The notes: generated by a model from the letters alone, not told the origin. A stretch of 64,000 nucleotides of DNA from Octopus vulgaris (GCA_951406725.2 OX597842.1:9300001-9364000); one strand, 5' to 3'. Counted from the first letter of the stretch, positions 26,967 through 40,789 are shown. Numbers and translations are program-made.

Positions 26967-27732
26967 GAGAAATAAACAAATAGATATTTGAGAAGGGGTA
27001 AAAGATAAACTGCACCAATTATTTCCCTATAGACGCAGGAGTGACCCTATGGTAAGTAGCTTGCTTATCAACCACATGGTTCCTGGTTCAGTCCCACTGC
27101 GTGGAACCTTGGGCAAGTGTCTTCTACAATAACCTCGAGCCGACCAATGCCTTGTGAGTGGATTTGGTAGACGGAAACTGAAAGAAGCTTGTCGTATATA
27201 TGTATATATGTATGTGTGTGTGTTTGTGTGTCCGTGGTTGTCCCTCAACAACGCTTGACAACCGATGCTGGCGTGTTTACGTCCCCGTAACTTAGCGGTT
27301 CTGCAAATGAGACCGATAGAATAAGTACTAGGCTTACAAAGAAAAAGTCCTGGGGTCGATTTGCTCGACTAAAAGGCGGTGCTCCAGTATGGCAACAGTC
27401 AAATGACTGAAACAAGTAAAAGGGTATTTGGTGGATTTAAACCGAGACAGTTCAAAGTCAATCAAAATCAACGTCGTTAAATCGATGGAAAGAAAATTGC
27501 TGAAGGTAAACATGCAGATAATTAAAACAATTAAAAAATAATTGAGATCCGCCTTTACATAGATGTTGAAGGTAGATGAATACAAATCTAAGGGACTTAA
27601 TTCCACACACGTTTATTCTATTATGTATCATTGTATTACCTCCCTTAGCTTATCTCTCCTTCTCAGAATAATTCTTCTCTTTGGTATTCCTATCATTTCC
27701 CGTTTCACCACATTCCAGTCCTTTATGTTCTG

Positions 27733-28151
27733 GGATCTTTTCGGTTTGAACGGCAGTTTTTAACATAATTTCTTTGTAACTAAAAAATTTTAAACTTCGT
27801 ATACTGGTAGAATGAGTTTATAAAACATCTTTTTCTCTTGGCTTTATTAAGAAAATTCTATAGTTTGTAAGATATTTGTTGTTGTTTTTTTCTTCAATTT
27901 CTGCAATTTCAACCAATCAATGACGTCTATTGAGGTAAAAAAAAAAGACATTCTGTACCGTATGAATATGTCCCTCGTTTTGGGGTTTATTTACATTTCT
28001 GGAGAAAAAAAGATACCCTTCCCCTCACCACTAACCCTAACCCTAACCCTAAAACAGATTGAAATGCAATAGATCGATATTAGGGTCATAATTATGGGTG
28101 ACAATTTCATGACACCGCTAGAAAAAACTGCCGTTCAAACCGAAGAGATCC
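27733..28151. mobile_element. TIR MITE with GG termini and 8-bp TSD (Merlin-like)
   Basis: GGATCTTTTCGGTTTGAACGGCAGTTTTT / AAAAACTGCCGTTCAAACCGAAGAGATCC. TSD ATGTTCTG at 27725-27732 and 28152-28159. Superfamily inferred from termini and TSD length. Confidence 0.8.
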
Positions 28152-31100
28152 ATGTTCTGAGTTCAAATCTCACTGAAGTCAACATTGCCTTTCCTTTTTT
28201 TTTTTTTTCAAATCTCATGTGGTATTTCAGCTGCCACTATGTCTTCTTCTTACATTTCACATTGACTAAATATATCTTTTTCCAAGACTTCAGGGTTTTT
28301 TGTTTAATTTACATATCGTTATATACTTCTCATTTATTTGGTTTTTTCTTTCCTTTACCCCTCCTCTTTCTATAAGCTACCTTTGGCGTTATATCCTCTA
28401 ACCTTGGGCAAGTGTATTCAACTATAGCCTCAGGCCGACCAAAGTCTTGTGAGTTGATTTAGTAGACGGAAACTGAGAGAAGCCCATCGTATATATGTAT
28501 GTATATATGTGTATGTGTGTGTGTGTATGTTTGTGTGTCTGTGTTTGTCCCCCTAGCATTGCTTGACAACCGATGCTGGTGTGTTTACATCTCTGTAACG
28601 TGGTGGTTCGGCAAAAGGGACCGATAGAATAACTAGGCTTACAAAGAATAAGTCCTGGGGTCAATTTGCTCGACTAAAGGTGGTGCTCCAGCATGGCCGC
28701 AATCAAATGACTGAAACAAGTAAAAGAGTAAAGACTTGATTTCCTTTGGTAATGGCTGTCAATATGACAAAGAAGATGCCCAGAATTCCCATATTTAACT
28801 GTTTGTATCTATAATAAGTTCTTACAATTTCTAGTTAGTTGTAATTACACATAGCACTATTTTATTCTTTTTAGAAACCTTGAGCATGATTTAACCTGTT
28901 ACTTATTAATTAATTATAAAATAAGAGATGTTTCATTAAAATTCAAGATGAAATTTATTACAATCTGAAGGAAATTCACTGAATATGCTTTTAATTTTTC
29001 ACTTTTTCTTCGGAGAATGCTAGAAGTTTAGAAATACAATAAAAAGTGAGGATATTCTTAACGTTATAATTTTAGATTATTATATAATCCAAATTTTATT
29101 ATATAATCCTTTGTATAATCCTTTATAGTCCTTTGTATTTTATTTATATTTTTTTTAACAATAAAGTTTATCAGTCAACTAATATGTCTAGACCTTCATG
29201 GACCCATCTTCTGGTTGAAGCTATGGGTGTTGACATATAACTGCTATTTTAAAGTAGGCAGGGATAATAATATATATTTTATTACATCAAATGTGATCTG
29301 GTTTAATTTTCTTTGTTTCTTTAACCCTTTTGTTGCCATATTTCTGTTCAAATACACAGCCCTTGTTTCAATAATTTTGAAAATAACCAAGAACTTAGTA
29401 ATATAACTTTGTTGTCCTTGAACTGATGTCTGAAACATAGATTAACACAAATTTTTGAAGGAAGGTTTTAATTTAAATCACTTTAACCCTTTTGTTACCA
29501 TATTTCTGCTGAAATACACTGTCTTCATTTCAATTAATTTTGAAAATAACCAAGAATTTAGTAATATAACTTTGTCATAATTAGAAACATAGGCGCAGGA
29601 GTGGCTGTGTAGTAAGTAGCTTGCTTACCATCCACATGGTTCTGGGTTCAGTCCCACTGCGTGGCACCTTGGGCAAGTGTCTTCTACTACAGCCTTGGGC
29701 CGACCAAAGCCTTGTGAGTGGATTTGGTAGACGGAAACTGAAAGAAGCCCGTCGTATATATGTATATATATATATATGCGTGTGTGTGTGTTTGTGTGTC
29801 TGTGTTTGTCTCCCTAGCATTGCTTGACAACCGATGCTGGTGTGTTTATGTCCCCGTTACTTAGCGGTTCGGCAAAAGAGACCGATAGAATAAGTACTGG
29901 GCTTACAAAAGAATAAGTCCCAGGGTCGAGTTGCTTGACTAAAGGCGGTGCTCCAGCATGGCCGCAGTCAAATGACTGAAACAAGTAAAAGAGTAAAGAG
30001 TAAAAGAGTATAAATAAGCTTGAATTTTTAATGGAAAGATTTAATTTACAGTATTTACATAGGACAGAAAGGTGTCCTCATCTTGTTTGTTGCTATCACG
30101 GCATTTTGGCTGACGTACACTCCAGCCTTCATTAGGGGTTCTGGTGGAATTTCAAACTCAACCCTTTATTTGACTAATAATGAGGGCACCTATCTGTCTG
30201 TTGTAAATAATGTAAATACTTCCTCATCCCCAAAATATTGTTGGCACCCTTTTTGTCTCGGGAGACAATGGAGTTGCGCATAAAGTAGTCTAGTCCGGCT
30301 TTTACATTTCATGTCCTAATACATCTCCTGCTGTGGCTGTGTAGTCCTATCCTGGACAAACACTCCCCCTGGCAGGTACCGCAAATGTAGCGAAGACTGT
30401 TCCTGGCTGGTTGTAATGCCATAGTTTCTTGTTGATGTCTCTTCTTTTCTTTCCATTTCTCCTCTCTCTCTCTCTGTCACTCCTTAGTAAGATTTAATTT
30501 AAATAAATTTAAGCTTTTTGTTGTTCAGATAAGCTGTTTGTGTTTCAATTAATTTTGAAAATTACAAGGAAATTAGTAAAATAACTTTGTTATGATTAAG
30601 CTGGTATTTACAACAAAGATTAACATGAAATTTTGATGGAGGATTTCAACATACATCACTTTAATCCTTTGATATTCAGATTATTCTGTCAAGATTAATG
30701 TTTCTTTATTCACATTGGATTGGATTAGCCATGCATTACACTGTAGCTTTGAGATTTCAGTACTATCATTGTTTATTTTTAGAATAATATTGTAGGGTAA
30801 GTGTGAGAGGCTGGATCTGACCAGTTTGAACATAAAACAAGTAGAATATTCTTGTTGGATGTGGTCAGTTTAGATGCTAAAGGATTAAAACAGGAACTTT
30901 GCATCATAGGGCCAAGGCTAGACTCAGCTTGGCTGGTATTGAAAGGGTTAAGAGTCCTTTATGCTTTGTTTCAAACAATAATGTTTGTAAGTCAATCAAC
31001 ACATTTAGGCATTCACAGTCCCATCTTCAGCTTGAAGTAGTGAGTGTTGACTGTCATTTTAAAGTAAGCAGAGATAATTAGAACATGATGTTTTATTAAT

Positions 31101-31595
31101 TGTAACACAACCACCGGGCTTTTAAATTTTTTAATTGTCATTCTAGTATTCTTCAAATTACCAGAGTGGGTTTGTTTTGCTTGTTTTTCTTTTGTATATT
31201 TTTGTGATTTTTTCACTTTTTTTTACGGCTTTAAAACTCACAAAGAATCTTTGAAATGTCTTACATATGTTCACTGTGCCACTTATGGATTTGGTTTAGA
31301 TGATGTGTGTCATTTCATTCTGCTCTTCCTTAGTATTTCTAAGTCCTTTTCTTTTTATATGTGTGTATATATGTATGTGTGTGTGTGTGTGTGTGTGTGC
31401 AGGGACCGCTGCAATAAGTGTGTGAATCTGAGAGGGGGATATGTTGAATAGAATCATAATTAACTGATCCTCTTGTATTTTCTTTTACCCAAAACCAGGA
31501 ACTTTACAGCACCCCCTCATGTGTGTATACATGTATGTATGAATGTATGTATAAATGTATGTATGTATGTATGTATGTATGTAAGTGTGTATATT

Positions 31596-31637
<42 letters not shown>

Positions 31638-31800
31638 GGCATAGGAGTGGCTGTGTGGTAAGTAGCTTGCTTACCTACCACATGGTTCCGGGTTCAGTCC
31701 CACTGCGTGAAATCTTGGGCAAGTGTCTCCTACTATAGCCTTGAGCTGACCAAAGACTTGTGAGTGGATTTGGTAGACGGAAACTGAAAGAAGCCCACCG

Positions 31801-31889
<89 letters not shown>

Positions 31890-32635
31890 GTGTGTGTATA
31901 GGTTTGTGTGTCTGTTTTTGTTGCACCAACATCACTTGACAACCGATGCTGGTATGTTTATGTCCCCGTAACTTAGCGGTCCAGCAAAAGAGACTGATAG
32001 AATAAGTACTAGGCTTACAAAGAATAAGTCCTGGCCACAGTCACATGACTGAAACAAGTAAAAGAGAGAGAGAGTGTCTATGTATGTATGTATGCATGTC
32101 TTCGTGTATGTATATGTGTATGTATGAATATATACAAAGGGATGCTAAAAAGTTCCTGGCTTTAAGGATAACATGAAGGGCCTAGTTAGAGGCCAAACCT
32201 TCCGAGTTCTTTTACAGGACTTACAAAAACTGAAGGACTGCTGCAAGAAGTGTGTGAACCTGAGAGAGAAATATGTTGAATAAAGTCACAATTAACTGAA
32301 TCTCCTGTATTTTCTTTTACCCAAAGCCAAGAACTTCTCAGCAGCTCCTCATATGTGGGTGTGTATATGTATGTATAAATATATATGTATGTATGTCATT
32401 ATTCAGTTTATTTCAAGATTTCTTGCCAAAAGAGAAAGAACCGGTTTCTAACCTAGATCCAAGGTTCCTTCATTGTAGTTTTAACATCAACAACAAGGTT
32501 TTTTGTTTGTTTGTCTGTCTGTCTGTCTGTATGTATGTATGTATGTATGTATGAATGTATGTATTATGTATGTATGTGTGTGTGTGTGTGTGGATACATG
32601 TTTGGTGGCACAAATCAGACTTCAATACTTCTCTC

Positions 32636-33287
32636 TTAAAGCAATTCCATTTCTTCCAAGGTGACCTTAGGCGGATTTTTCTTCCTCACCCACCCACCAC
32701 GTATGGCATCGATGCGTCGATGAATCGGCGGCAGAACGAGGATAAGTTTGAGAAAGATGACAAAAAAAGGTGTCAGACAACAAATGAAGGACTTCTCCGT
32801 ATAGAAGTTCATACCGAGGGCTTGCCAGTAGGGCAAGAAAAGCAGTGTCACATGGGCCGCTGCAAGAACGAGAGTGGCAAACCCCAAGTGACTCTGGAAG
32901 AAACGCCACTCGCGCCAGTTGAGGCGGGACCCCACAGATGGTAACGTCACTATTCCGATCACTGATAATGTTAAGAACGACAATATACCAATACTAAGCC
33001 CAACACTGCTGTATAATGTTAACGATTGTTGTGGCTTTTGTTTGAGGTGGTGTCTGTTGTTGCTATTTTCGTTGTAATCGGTGTTGTTTTTGTTGTTGTT
33101 GCTGTTATCATTTTTGTGGTGGTTGATGTTGTTGTTGGTGTTGTTTCTCTTATTGTTGCTGCTGCTGGGGCTGTTGTTACTGTTTTCGATATTCATGGTA
33201 GTGTAGTAGTTGTTGTTGCTATAGTAGGTGTAGTACTGATTGCTACTATGAACATTGTTGTCGTTGACGTCGCTGTGGTAACTGCTA

Positions 33288-33320
<33 letters not shown>

Positions 33321-34342
33321 CTGCTACTGCTGCTACTACTACTACTGCTGCTTGCTTGAGTGAAATATAGGAATGGCATTGTTGACGGTGCCACCAAAAT
33401 CAACGAGATAACTACATGCCAGAAAGCAAAGAGGAGAGCAGTGAGGCCAAGAACCTTCCTTGATTTAAGCCACTCGTCCAACAAGGGGGGAAAACGCTTA
33501 TATTTGGTTCCATAACACAACTGGACAAGTGCAGCTAGGCAGCCTGCAAAATACGTAAGTGCAAGAAGACTAATAGCGGACAACGCAAGTAAAACATTAA
33601 GGAGATTGAGCGGAATTTTCTGCCAATGGTAGACCTGTCTTGAAGACGCTCGCTGTTTGCGGACCTCATTGTAAACAAGAACCGAGAACCAAACAAGAAC
33701 CACACAACACGTAATGCATGCTGGGACACCCCAGCCCTTCATGAACATGTGGGGGAGGGCCTCGATGTCGCGTGCGGTAGTCAGGTCACCGCGACATATC
33801 GGACTAAAGCCCATGTGTCGGACGACCCTACCGACCTTGTTGACAGCGTTGATATCATTGCCTGCTAAATATACAGTTGTGCGTGATGTGGCATCTGATG
33901 AAAGCCCTTCTAGTACATCTGGCGCCAGGGTATTGAGTCCTTTCACAATATGTGCATTCGGAAACTGTTCAGCTAATTTTTCAGCATTTGATGGCTGATC
34001 GCCATTTGGTTTCTGGGATCGATTTGACACGTCGACAAGAACTTTGCCACTGAGCAGATCCTTATAAGGAGTAAGAAGGGAGATCATGTGACGGAACTGG
34101 AGCGCGAGGAAGAAGACGCGCACATCGCTGTTTTCGAGGCATTTCTCAACACTGGTGAACTGGACGACGTCTGGGACTGGACGCGATCCGTTGAACTTCC
34201 GCCGTGAAGGACATCGGCTTCCCAAGATTACGGCATAACCACTGCAAGTGAGGCGGCGGGCGAGTGCACAGCCTAAATCACCTGTACCAATCACTGCGAT
34301 CACGCTTCGCTCAACGTACTGGTTTCCATTTCGGTCCTGCAT
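32636..34342 (-). CDS. STEAP: STEAP-family metalloreductase with N-terminal NADPH oxidoreductase domain (STEAP2/3/4-like)
   Basis: 568-aa ORF. Rossmann motif IAVIGTGDLG, GSR, VLVDVSN, SNAEKLA, VKGLNT. Transmembrane domain with GTKYKRFP, WLKSRKVLGL and LNWREWRFFQSHLG, and two heme His positions (FWHVV, AAHVT). In-frame TGA just upstream of the ATG. Confidence 0.93.
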
Positions 34343-35581
34343 GGTTCACAAACATCTGAAATTAGACACGAAAAAAAAAATATGAAACAAACATATGCGC
34401 AGGCGTAGGAGTGGCTGTGTGGTAAGTAGCTTGCTTACCAACCACATGGTTCCGGGTTCAGTTCCACTGTGTGGCACCTTGGGCAAGTGTCTTCTACTAT
34501 AGCCTCGGGCCGACCAAAGCCTTGTGAGTGGATTTGGTAGACGGAAACTGAAAGAAGCCTGTCATATATATATAGGTGCAGGAGTGGCTGTGTGGTAAGT
34601 AGCTTGCTTACCAACCACATGGTTCCGGGTTCAGTTCCACTGTGTGGCACCTTGGGCAAGTGTCTTCTACTATTGCCTCGGGCCGACCAAAGCTTTGTGA
34701 GTGGATTTGGTAGACGGAAACTGAAAGAAGCCCATCGTATATATGTATATATATGTATATGTATGTGCGTGTTTGTGTGTCTGTGTTTGTCCCCTCAACA
34801 TTGCTTGACAACCGATGCTGGTGTGTTTACGTCCCCGTAACTTAGCGGTTTGGCAAAAAAGAGACCGATAAAATAAGTACTAGGCTTACAAAGAATAAGT
34901 CCTGGGGTCGATTTGATCGACTAAAGGTGGTGCTCCAGCATGGCCACAGTCAAATGACTGAAGCAAGTAAAAGAGTAAAGAGTATATATGTACTGCATAT
35001 ATATACAGGGTGTCCTGAAATTAAGGCAACCAAACTATCAATAATTGATAGTTATTAAAGCCTGAAACTTTGGTTGCCTTAATGTGATAAAATATGAAAA
35101 TTATACGGCATTATAAAAGCTTAGTGTGTCTTCTTTTTGTTTCAGACTAAATAAATTCAGATTTATAAATTAGATAATGGCTATAGACCTAAATACAATC
35201 ATAACACTCCACAAAGGAGATGAAAGTAATAGCAAAAAGCTTAAAATTAACCAAACGGTTGGAAAATTGTCAAGAAACTTCAAAAGACTAGTTCCACTGT
35301 TAATCGACCTGGACAGACCTAAAAAGAAATGTTCAGACCCCCTCATGTATACCCTTTTACTCTTTTACTTGTTTCAGTCACGTGACTGTGGCCATGCTGG
35401 AGCACCACCTTTAGTCGAGCAAATCGACCCCAGGACTTATTCTTTGTAAGCCTAGTACTTATTCTATCGGTCTCTGTTTGCCGAACTGCTAAGTTACGGG
35501 GACATAAACACACCAGCATCGGTTGACAAGTGATGTTGGGGGGACAAACACAGACACACAAACACACACACACACATATAC

Positions 35582-35612
<31 letters not shown>

Positions 35613-35950
35613 TACGATGGGCTTCTTTCAGTTTCCATCTACCAAATCCACTCACAAGGCTTTGGTCGACCTGAGGGTATAGTAGAAGACACTTGCCCAA
35701 GGTGCCACGCAGTGGGACTGAACCTGGAACCATATGGTTGGTAAGCAAGCTACTTACCACATAGCCACTCCTGTATATAAGTATAAATATAAAATAATGA
35801 CATTTTATACTTATTTATATATATTTATATTTTTAATACAACAATTATTCTACACACATAAATATGTTAATAGTATTAATACTTTAATACAATAGAGCAC
35901 TCAGTATAAATGCAGTATATTATATTCCCATTGAATATATTTAACTAAAG

Positions 35951-36000
<50 letters not shown>

Positions 36001-36003
<3 letters not shown>

Positions 36004-37615
36004 TTGCAGCCAAAGTGTTCAGAACGGCATTGTTCTGAAAAGTAGATACAATTTATTAGCAAAGTTGTTTTATATTCTATAATTTTCACAGACAATAAAT
36101 ACAATATTATTTATAATTGCCTGAGATTTTGGTGTAATTTGAGAGGATAATACAAAAGTTATGGATGATTTAGTGATTTACTGCAAAACCCATGGCAGCC
36201 AAAATGATCAGAATGGTTGCTTTTACTTGGTGTTTTAGTATATTTAACCGGCGAACTCTAATGTTTTGAATTTGTTTACGTGACGGTTCGTTTACTAAAC
36301 ATTAGTAAGAATATTTGCAGTGTACTTTGTTAATATAATGCCACTTACTCCATTACCAATTCGTCAGTAGATTATTAAGCTTCGAAGGAAGGATAATTTA
36401 AGTATTGGATCTATTGCAAAGATTGTTAACAAGTCAAAAAGTGTTGTCCACGGTATTCTTAATGTCTACGATGATTGTGGTTCGTGTGAAGCAAGAAAGT
36501 TTACAGGTAGGCCAAGAAAAATGACCAAGAGAGAAGATCGTGCTATGGTAAAGTTGGTTAAAAAGGACAGATTTAAAACTGCTGCTGCTGTGTCTCGGAA
36601 AATGAGCATTGTATTGAAGAAAACTTTATCTCGAAAAACTGTGTCTCGTCGTTTAGTTGAACATGACCTACAAGCAAGAGCACCTGCAGTGAAGCCACTG
36701 ATCAGCTCCAAGAATAAAAAGTGTCATCTTACCTTTGCAACCGAATATGTGTTGTGGTCTCAAGAAAAATGGCAAACGGTGCATTTCAGTGATGAATCTA
36801 AGTTTATGCTATTTGGCTCAGATGGGAAAAGGTACGTTCGTAGAAAAGTAGGTGAAAAATTGTTGCCTAAATGCCTTAAGACTAGTGTTAAATTCGGTGG
36901 AGGAAGTGTCATGGTTTGGGGGATGATATCTAGAGATGGTGCGGGCCCTTTGGTGCGATTACATGGAAAGGTAAATGCAGGAGTTTATAAACAACTTGTA
37001 AAAGATCATGTCTTGCTTGTGCTGAGAAATTCAACTAAGCGATCACCCATATTCATGCAGGACAGTGCCCCATGTCACAAGGCTAAGGTGGTCATGAACT
37101 TCCTCAAGGCTGAAAAGGTTATTGTTATGGATTGGCCAGCTCAAAGCCCAGATCTCAACCCTATTGAAAATGTGTGGAATATTCTAGGAGAACGTTTGAA
37201 AGCCAGAAATCCTAAAACAACTGAGCAATTATGGAATGCCCTTCAGGAAGAATGGAATAAGATCACCCAGCAAGAAATTGAAAATTTAATTTCCTCATGC
37301 AGTCGAAGATGTTCAGAGTGTGATTGAAGCTAAAGGGCTTCACGCTAAATATTAAATAATTCCAGTATTCTCTGTCATTTTTGATTATTTTGTTATTTTT
37401 TCAACCGTTCTGATCATTTTGGCTGGCATGGGTTTTGCAGTAAATCACTAAATCATCCATAACTTTTGTATTATCCTCTCAAATTACACCAAAATAACAA
37501 TTAATATTGTATTTATTGTCTGTGAAAATTATAGAATATAAAACAACTTTGATAAAAACTTATACCTACTTTTCTGACGAAAACAATGCCGTTCTGAACA
37601 TTTTGGCTGCAACTG
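36001..37615 (+). mobile_element. Tc1-family DNA transposon (DD34E, IR/DR type), near complete
   Basis: TA-flanked CAGTTGCAGCCAAA...TTTGGCTGCAACTG ends. TIRs of about 215 bp (36001-36218 and 37402-37615) with an internal direct repeat. Internal transposase. Confidence 0.95.
36338..37354 (+). pseudogene. Tc1 transposase with premature stop and C-terminal frameshift
   Basis: ATG 36338 is in frame with ORF 36521-37327, but codon 11 is TAG (36368-36370). GRPRK, FSDES, MVWG and QDSAPCH-x-SPDLNPIENVW give 34 residues between D and E. The terminal VIEAKGLHAKY is shifted by one base near 37318. Confidence 0.9.
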
Positions 37616-37639
37616 TATATATACATACATATACATACT

Positions 37640-38658
37640 CGACAGAGTGTAAGTACCTTGAGAGAAATGTTGGACCTAAGAAGCATCAGCTGTGATGTGC
37701 AAGAGAGACGATTGCGCTGGTATGGTCATGTGACGAGAATGGATGAAGATAGGTGTGTGAAAAAGTGCCAATCCCTAGCAGTTGAGGGAACCCGTGGAAG
37801 AGGTAGACCCAGGAAACCTGGGATGAGGTGGTGAAGCACGACCTTCGAACTTTAGGCCTCACCGAGGCAATGACTAGCAACCAAGACCTTTGGAAATATG
37901 CTGTGCGTGAGAAGACAAGTGAGTCCATCCCAGCCAGCCACTTATGCATGCCTTTCCTCCCTTGGACACGCGAAGACCTGTTGAGGCAAGGGAAGTCGAA
38001 ATTGAATTCGAAATTAGACCTCATCCAACGACTGGCACCCATGCCAAACTCCCTTCATTGGACACTAAACTCTGCTTGTGAAGACCATTTGGGGCAAGTG
38101 AAATTGGAATCGAAATTGAACCAATCCTATGACTGGCACCCGGCAGTTGCTAGGACCGCTGGACTGACTCCTGTGCAGGTGGCAAGTGAAGAAACACCAT
38201 TTCAACTCTGCTTGAGGAGATCCATTGAGTCAAGTTCACCAACATCAAAATCAATGGAAACTGCAGTTGTGATCCCTGAGACGGTGGCATGTATAAAGCA
38301 CCATCTGAACGTGGCCGATGCCAGCGCCACCTAGACTGGCTTCCGTGCCGGTGGCACGTAAAAAGCACCATCTGAATCGTGGCCAATGCGCACCGCCTGG
38401 ACTGGCTTCCATGCCGGTGGCACGTAAAATGCACCAATCCGATCGTGGCCGTTGCCAGCCTCACCTGGCATCTGTGCAGGTGGCACGTAAAAAGCACCCA
38501 CTACACTCACGGAGTGGTTGGCGTTAGGAAGGGCATCCAGCTGTAGAAACATTGCCAGATCAGACTGGAGCCTGGTGCAGCCATCTGGCTTCCCAGATCC
38601 CCGGTCAAACTGTCCAACCCATGCTAGCATGGAAAGCGGACGTTAAACGACGATGACG
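37640..38658 (+). mobile_element. RTE-clade LINE 3' fragment
   Basis: Encodes VQERRLRWYGHVTRMDEDRCVKK...GRGRPRK, then after a frameshift WDEVVKHDL, a typical RTE C-terminus. The 3' UTR has ~60-bp subrepeats and ends GGAAAGCGGACGTTAAACGACGATGA. Confidence 0.85.
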
Positions 38659-40743
38659 TATGTGTGTGTGTGTGAGTATGTATATGGCCTGACTGCTGCT
38701 TGCACAACACTTTATTTTCCTGTCTCCTGACTTCCATCTATATTTGTTGTCGCACGGAATTTGGTCCGTGAACAGGTCACAGTCTTAAAGCAACGAAAAT
38801 ATTTTCAAAAATTAAATTTAAATGTTGAAGTGAATCTAACGGTTTTTGTGTGTTTCTTAAATGGCTTACAAACACCTTCCACGCTGCAATTGTTTTCGTT
38901 CCAACACACGATCTCAGATCAAGTCACTTGCTATGCGAGTACATCTCCGTAACATATATATGGAGTGGCTGTGTGGTAAGTAGCTTGCCTACCAACCACA
39001 TGGCTCTGGGTTCAGTCCCACTGCGTGGCATCTTGGGCAAGTGTCTTCTGCTATAGCCTCGGGCCGACCAATGCCTTGTGAGTGGATTTGGTAGACGGAA
39101 ACTGAAAGAAGCCTGTCGTATATATGTATATATATGTATGTATGTGTATGTATATGTTTGTGTGTCTGTGTTTGTCCCTCTAGCATTGCTTGACAACCGA
39201 TGCTGGTGTGTTTACGTCCCCGTCACTTAGCGGTTCGGCAAAAGAGACCGATAGAATAAGTACTGGGCTTACAAAGAATAAGTCCCGGGGTCGATTTGCT
39301 CGACTAAAGGCGGTGCACCAGTATGGCCGCAGTCAAATGACTGAAACAAGTAAAAGAGTAAAGAGTAAGAGTATATAGCATGGAATTTTGTCAGTGAACA
39401 GGTCACAGTCCCAAAGCGACGAAAATATTTTGACAAATCAAATTTAAATGTTGAAGTGAATCTAATGGTTTTTGTGTGTTTCTTAAATATGTGCGTGTAT
39501 ATATATATATTTTCATTTATTTAAATGTTATAAATAGATGAGTGTATTTTTGCCTTGTTAACAACTAATTTTATTAATATTATCTATAGGCGTAGGAGTG
39601 GCTGTGTGGTAAGTAGCTTGCTTACCAACCACATGGTTCTAGGTTCAGTCTCACTGCGTGGCACATTAGGCAAGTGTCTTCTACTATAGATGAGAGTATT
39701 TTTGCCTTGTTAACAACTAACACACGTTGTTTTATACCATTTGTTCTTTTGAATAGTATCCGTGGAATTTTTGAAACATGTGTCAAAAGTAAAAGTATTT
39801 GATTTATACCTCCATTTATTTATTTATATATTTTTATTTATTTATGCACCCTTTTCAAGATTAGCCAGGCTCATGGGCCCGGTTTCCCAGTTTCTATGGT
39901 GTATGTGTTCCTCCACCCCAGCTGGATGGGGCTCCAGTCCATCGCAGAGTTACTCAAGAAACAGGTAGAAAGAGTGAGAGAAAGTTGGAGCGAAAGAGTA
40001 CAGCAGGGGGTCGCCACCACCCCCTGCCAGAGCTTTGTGGAGCTTTAGGTGTTTTCACTCAATAAACACACACAACAACCGGTCTGGGAATCGAAACTGC
40101 GATCTTCCGACCACGAGTTCGCTGCCCTAACCACTGGGCCATTGCACCTCCACATATGTGTATGTGTGTGTGTATGTGCATGTGGGTGTGTGAGTGTGGA
40201 TATACATGGGCATGTATGCACATATATGTATGTGTCTACGTGTATTTAATTATGTATATACATTTTTTCTATTCATTTCAGCCAAGTGGCTGTGGTCATG
40301 CTGGAGCACCACCATAAATGTATATTTATGTGTATATGTATACACACATGGATGTACAGATACATATACACACACACACATATATACATATATGTGTCTA
40401 TGTATATATATATATATATAAATACACACACACATATATATATACATACATATGTGTATATATATATGTATGTAGATGTATGTGTGTGTATATATATATA
40501 TGTATATAATTTTAAAATGGGATAAAATCTTTATAAGAATTTATCAAGTAGCTAGCATGAAAAACCTCATAAGAGAAAAAAAATCCATCAATTTTTCACT
40601 TAAATATATTCATATATATTATATAGAGGGCATTACTATACATAAATGCCACAGGCTAGGAGGGACTCTTAAAGTCAAAACTACCAAAATAAATAAACAC
40701 ATCATATGTTTATTTATTTTGGTATAGTAATGCCCTCTATATA

Positions 40744-40789
<46 letters not shown>

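Noticed and set aside
28031-28052. Telomere or chromosome-fusion remnant
   Set aside because: Only about 3.5 hexamers, and they lie inside a TSD-flanked MITE.
35005-35340. TA-CAGGGTGTCC start with a short HTH-like reading (Tc1/mariner-like fragment)
   Set aside because: Too degraded, and no matching second TIR was found, so it is not listed as a feature.
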